Below, piece after piece: positions 10,290-22,796 of a DNA stretch of 64,000 bases; position 1 is the stretch's first letter, and every line of letters begins with the position of its first letter. The notes under the pieces were generated by a model that searched no databases, was not told where the DNA came from, and was given only the letters and a program-made list of their open reading frames with translations. Position numbers and translations under genes: made by a program. This DNA is from Tubulanus polymorphus (Eukaryota > Animalia > Nemertea). The stretch is from the NCBI RefSeq assembly GCF_964204645.1, contig NC_134029.1, positions 12,550,850 to 12,614,849 of the forward strand. The letters run 5' to 3'.

Positions 10290-13200
10290 AAATAAGAAGA
10301 GAAATATTTTGAAGGATCTGGTTTAATATTTGATGAAATAACATTTATGACTTTACATGTTTATAACACAAAATATAATAAGTTAACTAAATCAAAACCA
10401 ATTGATGAAAATAATGTATCATATTATAAAGAACCAGATATTGAAGCATCGAGTTATATTAAACTACCATTTAAAACTAATGCTGTAATAAATGTACAAA
10501 ATGAAGATGATAAATGTTTTCTATGGACAATTATAAGTTGTTTACACCCAGTTGAAGATTATAATAAACAAACTTATAGATTAACAAATTATAAACAATT
10601 TGAAAATAATTATAAGATAGATAAGTATCCTGTTATAATTAAAAACATCCCAAAAATAGAAAGAGATAATAATATAAAGATAAATGTATTTGATTTAATC
10701 AAATTACCAAATACAAAAGGTAACAATATAAAACATTATACATTAGAACCTTTATATCTATCAAAAGATTATGATTCAAACGATGTTATAGATATACTAT
10801 ATTATGAGAATCATTATATGTGGATTAAACAAATCGATTTATTTTTCAAATCAGAAAGTGATCACCATAAAATATATCTTTGTAGAAAATGTTTACATAG
10901 ATTCAGTAATGAAAGTACATTATTAAATCATAAACAATTATGTGAAAATCATGATTATTGTAAATTAGTTTTACCAAATGAAAAGGATAAAATATTAGAA
11001 TTCAAAAAATATGATTACAAAAATAAAGTACCATTTGTTATATATGGAGATTTTGAATCATTAAATAAAGAATTAACTGATCAAGATAGAAAAGAAATAT
11101 ATTATAAAAGAAAGAAATTAAATTCTAATGAAAATGATTTTTCAGATGAACCACCAAAAACAAATACTATTAAAAAGATTCATCAATCAGCTGCTGCTTT
11201 CGGGTTATATATTAATTCTGATTATCCAGAACTAATTGAAAGTGAATATTATAATTACAGAAATGAAAATGTTATCAATCATTTTTGTGACTTTTTAATT
11301 GAATATGAAATAAGATTTAGTAAATTATTGAATACAAATATAGAAATTATAATGACAGAAGATGATAAATATTATCTTAATAGTTATATTTCATAATCTA
11401 TCAGGATATGATGCACATTTATTCATCAAACAGTTATGCCATAAAATAGAAGAAATCAATAATGAAATAGAAAGATTAAATTCAAATAGATCAAAAGATA
11501 AAATACGAACTTATAAATTTAGAATGTTAGCTAAAACATGTGAGAATTATATATCATTCCAATTTGGTTGCCTAAGATTTATAGATTCATATAGATTTTT
11601 AAATAGTTCATTAGATAACTTATCAAAATCATTAGTTGATGATGAATTAAAAATATTAAAGCAACACTACCCAAATAATGATGATTTTCAATTAATGAGA
11701 TATAAAGGCGCAATTCCATATTCATTTTATAAATCACATAATGATTTTAATATAACTGAATTATTAAAAGAACAATTCTATGATGAATTAAAAAATGAAT
11801 ATGTTAAAGAGATGTAAACCTAAAATATTTTAATATTGATCCTTGTCATTGTTATTCTAGCCCAGGTTTAACACGGGATTGTGGATTAAAATTTACAGAT
11901 ATAAAAATGGATTTGTTAACAAATATAGATCAATTACTATTATTTGAAAAATCTATAAGAGGAGGAGTTTCAGGTGTATTAGGTGATAGATATTTCAATG
12001 TAAATGATAACCCCGGATATAAGTTATTATATATAGATGCAAATAATTTGTATGGTTGGGCAATGATGGAACCACAACCTTATGGAGTATTTGAATTAAC
12101 TGAAGTTTTACAAAATGAAAATAATGATAAATATTATTGGAAGAAAAGAATTCTAGATATTGCAGATGATTCAGATACTGGTTACTTCTTTGTTGTAGAT
12201 TTAGAATATCCTGAACATATTAAATTTAAATCTAGAAATCTAGCATACTGTCCAGAACATAAAACTGTAACTCATGAAGAATTATCAAATTACCAAAAAA
12301 GAATTAAACCCGAAAATCATATTCATACAGAAAAGTTAATGGTAACTCAAGAAGATAAATATAATTATGTAGTACATTATAGAATGTTAAAGTGTTATTT
12401 GAATCAAGGAATGGTTCTAAAAAAAGTACATAGATATATTTCATTTAGTCAATCTAAGTGGTTACAAAAATATATAGATTTTAACACCAAACAGAGAACT
12501 GAAGCTAAAACTGATTTCGAGAAAGATATCTTCAAGTTAATGAATAATGCATTCTATGGTAAGACTTGTGAAAATATTAGAAATAGAAATTATATTGAGT
12601 TAGTTAGTAATGGTAAAAGGATAAGGCATTTACAATCATATCCTAAGTTCATTGGTAACAGAATATTTGATGAAAATTTAGCTGCAGTTAAGATGAGAAG
12701 AACATCAATGAAATTTAATAAACCAATCTATGTTGGCGCTTCAGTTTTAAAATTATCAAAATTACTAATGTATGAATTCTATCATAATGTATTACAACCA
12801 CTTTTTGGAGAAAAACATATAGAAATAATATATTTTGATACAGATTCTTACATATTAAAGATAAAAACTGATAACATAACTGATGATTTAAAAACATTAA
12901 AACATCATTTTGATTACAGTAACTATCCTAAAAATCATGAATTGTTTAGCAATGATAATAAAAAAGTTCCAGGGAAGTTTAAGGATGAATTAGGTGGTGA
13001 AGAAATGATAGAGTTCATCGGTATTAGATCTAAAATGTATTCATATAAAACTAAAGAACATGAAGCTAAAAAGTTAAAAGGAATAACCAAAAGTGTAGTA
13101 GAAAAGAATATTCATTTCAAAGATTACATCAATTGTATATTCAATAAAGAAGTTAGAAAACATAAGATGAGATGTTTAAGATCTGAAGATGATGAAATGT

Positions 13201-13370
13201 TTATTGAAGAAATTGAAAAGATAAGTCTAAACCCATTTGATGATAAAAGATATATTTTAGATGATGGAATTCATACAGTTGCTTATGGTTGTAATTTAGA
13301 TGAATACTTAAAATTTAAAAGAGAAGAAACAAAAGAGAACGAGATAATGAAAAGAATTCTAACGTGTTAA
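10290..13370 (+). pseudogene. Protein-primed family B DNA polymerase (pPolB), 5'-truncated with internal deletions and frameshifts
   Basis: EGSG, DDKCFLW, YGDFE (Exo I), FHNLSGYD (Exo II), FIDS, YIDANNLYG (motif A), KLMNNAFYGK (motif B), YFDTDS (motif C), PFDDKR. Confidence 0.95.
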
Positions 13371-13399
13371 TCAAATTTTAATAAAAATATGTATTATAA

Positions 13400-13753
13400 A
13401 TGGAGAGTAAACAAACGCACAGTGAGAACAACAAATTATTTCTAGATAGAATAAAAGATACTACAAATGTAAAATCTGTAGATTATAAATTTAAGAAGTT
13501 AAAAGAATTAACAATCCATAAGAAATATCTAATTACAAATATTGATACAGTTACTAATAACTATGGAGATAAATTAGTTATACACTTAGAATATGAAGGA
13601 TTAAAAGGAAATACATATAAATTCAGAACATATTTACCGGATAGATTTCATAGATTATCAAGTGAAGATTTTGAAGAATTATGTTCTGGTGATTTCTATT
13701 TCGTATACAAAGGTAAGAATGAAAAAGGGCACCATGAAATAGATTTCGAATAA
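13400..13753 (+). CDS. Small beta-rich protein, possible OB-fold ssDNA-binding protein
   Basis: Intact ORF directly after pPolB with a KKLKEL...YLIT...YG..L...YLP.RF pattern. Function is inferred. Confidence 0.55.
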   Translation: MESKQTHSENNKLFLDRIKDTTNVKSVDYKFKKLKELTIHKKYLITNIDTVTNNYGDKLVIHLEYEGLKGNTYKFRTYLPDRFHRLSSEDFEELCSGDFYFVYKGKNEKGHHEIDFE

Positions 13754-13770
13754 GAAAATATGTAAAATAA

Positions 13771-14528
13771 ATGGCGGAATTAAAAGAATACAGAATATTT
13801 GTTGATTCTAGAAAACTTACAAATTATAAATCTCATAATTTACTAGTACAATTAGATAGAGATTCAAGAATTGTGTAGATCTAAAATTAGTAAATATAAG
13901 TTTATGTAATTCTTTTTATAATATATCGGATAAAACTATTGAAGATAATACTGTTTTAATTCATATTAGAAATGTAGATAAATGGTTTCATCTAATTTTA
14001 AAACCAGGATTATATAATTTAGAAACATTAGCTCAAGAAATTAATCGTAGAGCACGGCTGAAAATTAGAAGAGATGATAAATTTTTAATTAGATTTATAA
14101 AAAGTGATAGCACAAATAAAATTAAAATAAAGGTTTAAGATGAAAGTCAACATGCATTTATGGTAAAAAAACCTATAGCTAAACTGTTAGGAAATGTACC
14201 AGATACCGTTACAGGAGACGTAGATGGTAATTCAAATATAATACCTTTTACACACTTTTATATTTATTGCAATTTAATCGAGCCTACAAAAACTTTCGAA
14301 GCAACTAAAGAAACAATTTGTAGTTCTAGTATACTAAATATTTTACCGCTAAAAAATGTTAAACAATTTGGAACTCAAATAAATTATAATTTAACAGAAT
14401 GTGATTTTAAACCTTGTATTGCTCAATTTAATAATTTTAAATTAGAAATAAGAAATCACAATGGATATTCAATTGATTTGAATAACTTTCCTGTAATTTA
14501 TGTATTAGTTATAAGATGTAGAGAGTAA
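13771..14528 (+). pseudogene. Putative minor capsid (penton-like) protein, frameshifted
   Basis: IFVDS, CNSFYNI, LKPGLYN, FYIYCNLI and FKLEIRN..G..IDLNN..V.YVL pattern typical of Polinton minor capsid proteins. Confidence 0.7.
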
Positions 14529-14544
14529 TTTTTTCATTATATAA

Positions 14545-14904
14545 ATGAATATAACTGTTGGGCCGAGCATATGTTTTGGATTTGATTTTAAACGTGAGAA
14601 AGAAATGAAATTTAACGTTAATGATGTAATTACACATATCAAAAATATGACATTTTCTAATGAAACAACATTTGAGTATGAAACAACAATAGATAAAGAA
14701 ACTTTAAATGTAGAAAAGATTACTAATTTAATTAGAGAATCTTTAAGATTTTATGAATTAGATGAAGATTTTATCGTCGGTGATATTAAAAAAATAATAA
14801 TTGAAATATATACAAATGAAACTAGTAATGAAATAAATGTTGAATTAATCATAAATAAGATAACTAAATATTTTGATGATAGTGATTTTTTGATAAATAA
14901 ATGA
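14545..14904 (+). CDS. Hypothetical acidic protein (119 aa)
   Basis: Intact ORF with T-tract-TAAATG start inside the gene cluster. Confidence 0.6.
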   Translation: MNITVGPSICFGFDFKREKEMKFNVNDVITHIKNMTFSNETTFEYETTIDKETLNVEKITNLIRESLRFYELDEDFIVGDIKKIIIEIYTNETSNEINVELIINKITKYFDDSDFLINK

Positions 14905-15122
14905 GTGATAATAAGTGGATAATAACTGGATTATATAATGGAGCATTACTATCAGTTGGAACTGTTGGTTATTCAATAGTATTAAAAAAAGTATTTAAAA
15001 TGGGAAGTGTTAATGTTGATAGATTTGATATAAATGATATTTTAAAATTAACATTAGCAGTTACTTTATCTAATTTAACTATTGATTATTTAGAAAAACA
15101 AAAATATATTCCTCCCATATAA
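14901..15122 (+). CDS. Small hydrophobic protein (73 aa)
   Basis: Intact ORF; a second copy of its 3' half lies at 28850-28965. Confidence 0.7.
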   Translation: MSDNKWIITGLYNGALLSVGTVGYSIVLKKVFKMGSVNVDRFDINDILKLTLAVTLSNLTIDYLEKQKYIPPI

Positions 15123-15146
15123 ATGCATAATTATTTTACTAAATAA

Positions 15147-15569
15147 ATGGCTTCTGCAGTTATAACTATTATAGGATCGGCAATTGTTAACGCTTTAGCA
15201 TTTACTGGTGGCGGTTATTTATTTAAGCATATTGATAAAAATGGATCATTAACAGAACAAAAAAGACATAACTTAGCATTAGAGAAATACAATAAAGCAG
15301 CGGAAGAATATAGAGAAAAGAGACAATACTATATGGATTATATTAACAAGGAATTATATGATCAGAAGATTTCACACGGAGATTTCCAATCAGTTGATGA
15401 TGCAATGAGTTTATATAACGCGGTAACCAATAAAGAAAAATTACATCTATACAAACCTAAATTATCAGATTATTATACCCCAAGTAATGAACAGAAGAAA
15501 TATGAAATAATATGAATTTTAGGCGGAACTGTTATTGTTATGTTTGTTGCTTATAAGTTTACTAATTAG
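15147..15569 (+). pseudogene. Conserved protein with N-terminal hydrophobic segment and C-terminal TM; premature stop at 15513-15515
   Basis: Homolog at 28986-29412 reads TGG (W) where this copy has TGA. Confidence 0.75.
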
Positions 15570-15588
15570 TAATTTTTTTGCTAAATAA

Positions 15589-16018
15589 ATGGAAGATAAA
15601 GTTGATAATATTGAAATTATTCCTCATGATATCAGTAAAACTAAATTAAAAATATATTTAGAAAAACAAATATTAGAATTTGAAAATGACTTAAAAATAA
15701 AAAAAATATTTAAAAAGTAAAATTATATATTATTTGATTATAAGTGGTTCGGTTACAATTAGTTCTGTAATAACATTTCTAGCAATATTCAGTCCATTAA
15801 CACCTTTAGCTATATCAATTGGTGTATTAGGATTAAGTTCATGTGTATTAACTGGTATAAGTTCAAAATTAAATATAAAAAGTAATAAAGAAAAAATTAA
15901 AACTAATATAAAAGAAATTAATAAATTAAAGAATACACTAGATTATATAATAAGTTTAAATGGCCATATAACAGTTGAAGAACAAGATAAATTATTAAAA
16001 GAATTAATAAATTATTAA
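15589..16018 (+). pseudogene. Two-TM membrane protein, frameshifted
   Basis: TAAATG at 15589; two hydrophobic segments; homolog at 29430-29864. Confidence 0.7.
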
Positions 16019-16034
16019 TTTTTTAGTTATATAA

Positions 16035-17356
16035 ATGGCAGATAGTTTTCCAAAAGCTTTCCAATATAATAAATCAATTAAATATAATATTCCTGCAATA
16101 GATTTTAATAAAGATATTACATAAAGAAATGAAGTTTTAAATTCATTAATTGATTTATATATTTATGTTACTGAAAGTAATAATTTTCATGTAAAGATGG
16201 AAAATATATTTCATGTGTATACAATTAATTTCAAAAATTTAAATGAGGCAAAACAATGGTTATTAAAATCTAATATGAAGTATTGGCAGAACCAATTAAA
16301 TTTTGCTGTTTATTGTGCAACAACAGGATCTGGAATAAGTTGGAATGATCATTTAAACAAACCAAGTTTACCATTGATGTTATCACTTTTGAGATTTCAT
16401 ACATATTTTCAAATAAAATTGATATTAGATGAATTAGAATGTCCTTTACCAGGTTCAAAATATTTTAAAGAATTGAATAATAATATTAATTTTTCTAAGT
16501 TTTATAAAATATGTAATGAATATAATATTAATTCAAATAAAGATTTTAGAGCAATAATTGGAACAATGGGTGGATTAGGAATATTATATACTAAAGAATT
16601 TGGAAAAATAATGACAAATTCAGATATAAGAAAACTAAATTGGAATGAATTACCAAAATATTATAATAATATACAACAACAAAACAATAATGGTTGGGTT
16701 AATATCATTTTAGAAAATAGTGAAGGTTTTACTAAAGCTGGAATACAAAGAATAAATCAATCTATTAGAACTTATTTGATATGTATTTTAGGTGCGCAAG
16801 TTGAAACAAGATCCCCAATAATTGGAAATGATAACACTTCATTCGCAGAAACAGTTTAAAGTATTATTTGAAGATTCAATTCATAATGATAAAAATAGAT
16901 CGATTCCAAGAAAACATTGTCAGATATCAAAATTATTTAGATAAATCACATATTAGATTAAATTATTGTATAGGCCCTAATCTATTTATTATTTCTAATG
17001 ATTTAGTATTAAAGATGGGAAACATAATTGGTTATAATAATCTAATTAAAACTGCAACAATAAATAATTCATTTGGATTAAATGATATAAATAAAAAGAT
17101 TATTACTGCTCCAAAATTGATAGAAGGTGAAAAAAATAAAAAACACATTCAATCAACAGAAACTAAAACTAAGAATATTAAATTAAATAATGATTCTACA
17201 ATAAAAGATTACAATACATCAGAAGATATAAAAACTGATATTATTCAACATGATATAATTAAACTAAATGATGATAATAAATCCCATGAAAATGCTAAAT
17301 TAGCTTTAACTTGTATAGGAATTGTAGTCGGAGGAATATTATATTTTAAATTTTAA
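16035..17356 (+). pseudogene. Conserved element protein (YWQNQLNFAVYCATTG family) with C-terminal TM, disrupted
   Basis: ORF pieces 16197-16859 and 16868-17356 are collinear with 29881-31184. Confidence 0.75.
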
Positions 17357-17371
17357 TTTTTTATTATGTAA

Positions 17372-19944
17372 ATGGAAGAAGGTGGAGAAGATTTTCCATT
17401 GGGTCCTTTAGATGAACCTGGTATAAGTGATGAACAACCACCTGATTTTAGTGAAACAAGTCTTAATGACGGTAATGAGCCAGGACGTAATTCTAATTTA
17501 ACTACACCTGAATTTATTGATAAAACACGTTCAAAGATAAGTATTGAAAATGAAGTACCAGAATAAACAGAAACAAGAAAATTAACTTTAATAAATTATT
17601 TGACGCCTGCGAAAAAATGTAGAATTTCTGGGATAAGCTAATGTGGAATTGCAAATTTGAAAATCGAAGTTTTAAGAAATTTGGGGAATTATGAGATTTG
17701 GCGATTGGGTAGATGATACAGTCTTCGACTGGTCTAATTTTTAAAAAAATTGTCAACTTGTGACCGACTTCGATTCACTTTTGCCTCTAAGCTGGTCTGC
17801 AACTTCATTGCCTCCATGGTTGAAGAAAGAGCTCTTCTGATGTCTGCTTCATCATGACTTCGAGCATATCGTGTAGCCAGCCGGCCCGGTCCCGGGGCCC
17901 GGTTTGGCTGTCACTCGATATCCTAGACTTGAGTCTGGGTTGAAGTAGACATTGTCATTTAAATAACTTATTCATGTTATTCTGTATGAATTACCCGTGT
18001 GTCTTGTATTTTGTATTTTCTTAGTTTAAAATTTGTAACTTTATTGAATTTGGGAATTTTATCCCGGAATTTCAATGTAATAAGGATCAATAAAGTATTG
18101 AATTGAATTGTCACCTTATACACATGCCATCAGTGGACGCGGAGCCGTATATGACAGCTATGCTATTATAAATTGCTAATCTCATGAAACCTGCATCCCC
18201 TAATATCGAACATATTTTCTAAAACATTTGAATATTAAAATTATATGTTTACACGTTTTTATATAGACCGCTTGTAGCCGCCGATGAAATTCACGCCGGC
18301 CCTACTCAGATCGTAGATAGCTTCGTCATTCCACTAGCATCCCCATGACAGGGTCTGACTTTTATATCAGACTTCCAAATCGTGTATACATCCGCCATTT
18401 AACCGAATAATCCGATTTACTTATCATTTCTATTTATGCCTGCCGCTCCTGATATAATCATACATCATTTACTATTACAATACGTCTTCTCATGATATTC
18501 AATGCAATATAACATTCCGACGTTCAAATAGAGGTCATTATATAATCACAGGGAGCCATTCTACATCTTTATCAATAATATTTTGCCAAATAGCTTGTAT
18601 GTGTACACATAAACCTGTGACGTTTTGCACATCGATTTACGGTTGTCGTTTGTAAAATGACGCTGAATGGTTAGCATTGTTAAGGTTTCATAATGGTAAC
18701 GTTTTATAAGGCGTCAAAAAAAATTTAAATATAATGAAATTGCTAGTGATTTTAAACCAATGTTAAAAAGATCTGGTTTCAATATAACAAATAAAGGTAA
18801 GGATTATTTAGTAGAAGATTTGAAATATTTAAATGGCGATTATTATTGGAAATTGAAAGGCAACTATTATTTTAAGATTTCAAATCTTAAAAGTACCGAT
18901 AAAATAATAGCACAATCAACTTTTAATTTATTAAAACCAGATAGAATTAAGAAAATCATTAATGATGTTATAACTGATGTTACACAAGAAGAAAGAGATG
19001 ATAATATAAAAGAATTTAAAAAAAGAAATGATTATTTTTTGAAGATAATTAATGAAAATTTAAGACAAAAAAAAATTCCTAAAGAAGCTGATAATTCCAA
19101 AACTAGTAAACCTAATTCAAGAGAAGTTCAAACTGAAAAACTTTTACCAAATGGATTACTTGATGCAACAGATCAAGAATTAGAAGATTTAAATGATATA
19201 TTTTCTGTTGATGTAATTAGAGAAATTGAAAGTATAAGACTTGCGTCTGATAAAATTGCGCATGATAAAAGTATAAGAGATATTGAAATTAGAAATTTAG
19301 AAAAAGAATTAACTGATAAAAATAAAGAAATAGAACAATTAAAGTCTGATCTTGATCGTCAAGTAATTGATGAAATGGAATATAGGAAAAAAGAATTCCG
19401 TTTAGAAAAAGAAATTGATAATTTAAAAGATAATTTAGAAGTACTGAAAGGTGAAAGAGATATATTATTAAAAGAATTTGGTAATAATTTTAAAAGTTTA
19501 AAGGATGTTTTTAAAGATTTGTTGATAAAACCAGATTCTAAAATATCATTGAAAGATAGAATAAGATTATTATTTAAATTAGAAGGAATAACAATTCTTT
19601 CAATTCTAACAGCTGTAACTATGTTATTTACAACAATTGGTTTAGCAATATCAAATGCTTTGAAATCTACTCCTACTCCCAATAAACCGGATAAACCCCC
19701 AGATAATAATAATTCTATACAAGATAAAGTTAAGGATGGTTTAAAGAAATTAGCAAAATATTTATGGGAACTATCTAAAAAATCTGCTGCAGCATTACCA
19801 GGAATTATTGCATCAATTGTTGGTTTTATATTGAAATCTGCAGGGAACATTATTAACTTTGCTGCTGAACATATTATTTTATTTTTAATTACAGTTGTAA
19901 GTGCAATTATTTTTGGGCTAGTTAACATGATAAAAAATAAATAA
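17372..19944 (+). pseudogene. Long coiled-coil protein with C-terminal multi-TM/amphipathic domain, split by an insertion
   Basis: Acidic N-terminus at 17372; coiled coil and hydrophobic C-terminus at 18760-19944. The C-terminus is near-identical to 32482-32900. Confidence 0.75.
17599..18718. mobile_element. ~1.1-kb insertion with 10-bp terminal inverted repeats (TTTGACGCCT/AGGCGTCAAA), no clear TSD
   Basis: Abrupt rise in GC inside an AT-rich gene; terminal IR visible. Confidence 0.65.
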
Positions 19945-19964
19945 TTAATGTTTTTGTAAAATAA

Positions 19965-21211
19965 ATGAGTGGGAGTTATATCAATCCTTCTAAGAATCAT
20001 AGAATATCTAATGCTATTAAAGCAGAAAGATCACATCATATAATTACTCATAACCCTTCAAATATTAATCCCGATGAAACTTTATATGTTAGAATTCCGA
20101 GATTAACACAAAATACTTTTTACGTTCCAAATAGTATTTATTTATCAGCCGATATAAAAGTAATCGGTAATAATAATAATTATGTTGTTGATAATGTTGG
20201 AAGATATTTGATTAAAAAATTAACTATAAAGATTGGTCCAGAAACAGTTTTCTCATTAGATGATTATAATTTATTTATGCATTATAAAGATTTATGGTTA
20301 ACTAAAGAAAATAGAAATAATATGATATTTCAAGGCATCCAATCAGAAAACCAAAAATAAAAACAGATCAGGAGCTAATGACGCAATAGTAACTCGTACC
20401 GCAGATAATTTGATAAAAAAGATTTATGGAAGCAAATATAAAATTCCATTAGACTTTGAATTGATAAATAATAATGCGCCTTTATATAAATACGCAATTC
20501 AAGAAGATGTTATATTCGAAATAACATTTGCTCCTGTAAATGAAATTGTATTGTCTAGCGTTGTTAAAGATATGGGTTATAAATTATCGAATATATGTTT
20601 AGAATATGATACAGTAACTGATGAAAATATTTCAAGTATAATTCAAACTAAATACAATCAAGGATTTTCATTATTATATGATTATATTGATAAATTTAAA
20701 ACTAACTATTAATGCAAATGATGAAATTATTAATGAGAATATTAACTTACCAAGAAGATCTATTAAAGGTATATTAATATTTTTTACCATTGCAACATAT
20801 TCTAATGGTGCAATAAATGTTGATAATTATTATAATCCTGAAATAACAAAAGTAGAAATAACTATCGAAGGAATAGCAAATAAGATATTTTGTCAAGGAA
20901 TGAGAATGATTGATCAATGGCCAGAAATTAGAAAACATTTTATGAATGAAAAAGTAAAATCATTTGAAAATTGTAATATTAATCAAATTGATTATTATAC
21001 CGGTAATAAATATGCATTATGGTTAGATTTTAGAACAACAGAGGATAATTCATTACATGGTTCTGGGAAAAAATTACAAAACACTAAAGATGGAATACAA
21101 TTATTCATGACAATGAAAAAAGGAAGCCTAAATTTTAAAATGCACATTTATATTATATCTGACTCGCAATTAAATATTGTAAATTCTCAATTAAATAGTG
21201 TTATGTATTAA
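19965..21211 (+). pseudogene. Putative major capsid protein, full length but with two frameshifts
   Basis: Three consecutive ORFs (19965-20360, 20410-20712, 20678-21211) form one ~415-aa beta-rich protein; duplicate of 1-808. Confidence 0.7.
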
Positions 21212-21243
21212 AATTTTAACTTTAATAAAAATTTATATAATAA

Positions 21244-22134
21244 ATGGAAGGTGGAATATATGAAATACAAACTCCAAGTGAAATGATAACAGATATATAT
21301 TATATATTACCTTATGATGAATACATAAAGTATTTTGGAGATTACTTTAATCAGTTCAAATATGGAATAAGTAAAATAAAAGATAATATTGAAACTAAAA
21401 TAGAAAATAATATTGAAACTAAAATAGAAGATAAGAATGATATTGAATATAAAATAGAAGATAATATTGAAACTAAAATAGAAAATAGTAATAATATTGA
21501 AACTAAAATAGAAGATGTAACAGCATCTACATCTTATAATATACCCTCTACATCTGATATTGAATCAAAAAAAGATTATTATAATCCAAAATATTGTGAT
21601 GTATGTAAGAAATATATATCATATAAAAATTGGGCATCACATAAGAAATCAAAGAAACATATAGAAAAAGAAAAGAATAATAATGATAATAATATATCAG
21701 TTAGTAATATAAAAGACAATGTTAACCCAATTGGAACTAATGATACCATAGATAATATAACAGATAATGTAATAAATAACGTTAACCCAATTGAAACTAA
21801 TGATAATGATATAACAGATAATGAAATAATTGATGATTCTAAAAAACATTGTAACATTTGTAATTTAGATATTTCTAAAAGTAATTTTTCTAAACATAAA
21901 AAATCTAAGGGGCACATAGAAAATGAAAAAGAATTAATATGTGATTATTGTAATAAAGAAATTGAACCTGTTGATAAAATTACTCATTATAAATCAAAAT
22001 TACATCTAATTAATGTTTATAAAAAAGTGGGTATGTTACCATTGTTAGATGAACCAAAGAAATATATCAAATATTTTAATCCTGAAACTAAACAATATTA
22101 TATATTCTTTAAGTTGTTATTTGATAAATTATGA
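21244..22134 (+). CDS. Protein with three C2H2 (matrin/U1-like) zinc fingers and NIETKIE repeats
   Basis: CDVC..H.KSKKH, CNIC..H.KSKGH and CDYC..H.KSKLH motifs; 21-24-bp coding repeats. Confidence 0.8.
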   Translation: MEGGIYEIQTPSEMITDIYYILPYDEYIKYFGDYFNQFKYGISKIKDNIETKIENNIETKIEDKNDIEYKIEDNIETKIENSNNIETKIEDVTASTSYNIPSTSDIESKKDYYNPKYCDVCKKYISYKNWASHKKSKKHIEKEKNNNDNNISVSNIKDNVNPIGTNDTIDNITDNVINNVNPIETNDNDITDNEIIDDSKKHCNICNLDISKSNFSKHKKSKGHIENEKELICDYCNKEIEPVDKITHYKSKLHLINVYKKVGMLPLLDEPKKYIKYFNPETKQYYIFFKLLFDKL

Positions 22135-22437
22135 GCTTATGCAGATAATCCTTACCAAATATATAAATTAGCGTATAATGGATACCTAGATTTATTTAAT
22201 TTAATATATGATTTTAAGTTTGATTTTGATGGTGATAATTCTCATGATTACTTTGAAAAATTAAGAATAAAAGCTGGATTAAGTGATGATGAATGTAGAA
22301 TGAAGGCTGAAATAGAATAAATAAATATGCCAAAGACTTCTGATGAATTTGATATAAACAAAGATGATTTTATAAATGTATTAGAAACAAAATTAGAATA
22401 ATTATTATAAAACTATTTATATATCTATAAAAATATT

Positions 22438-22765
22438 TATATATCTATGCACTAGACGTATGAGTAAGAAAGTAAGAATCCAAGAATCCTTGCTAAGAAA
22501 TATAAATTATAAACATAAATTATAAACATAAATTATAAACATAAATTATGAACATAAATTATGAACATAAATTATAAATATAAATTATAAACATAAATTA
22601 TAAACATAGTTTTAATATATGATTTATTCATTATTATATATTTCATTTAATAATTCATATTTCTATGGACTAGACGTACGTAAGAATCCAAGATTCTTGC
22701 CAAGAAAGTAAAAAGGTAAGAATCTTACTTTCTTACTCGTACGTCTAGTACATAGATATATAAAT
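22438..22765. repeat. ~40-bp inverted repeat enclosing a 13-bp tandem array (ATAAATTATAAAC x ~8), between convergent genes
   Basis: TATATCTATGCACTAGACGTATGAGTAAGAAAGTAAGA mirrored by TCTTACTTTCTTACTCGTACGTCTAGTACATAGATATA. Confidence 0.8.
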
Positions 22766-22796
22766 TAGTTTCTATAATATTCCAAATTATAAATAG

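Noticed and set aside
19359-20000. 213-aa minus-strand ORF (also 32445-32810, 21579-21917, 3261-3536)
   Set aside because: Antisense shadows of real plus-strand genes; no TAAATG start or motifs.
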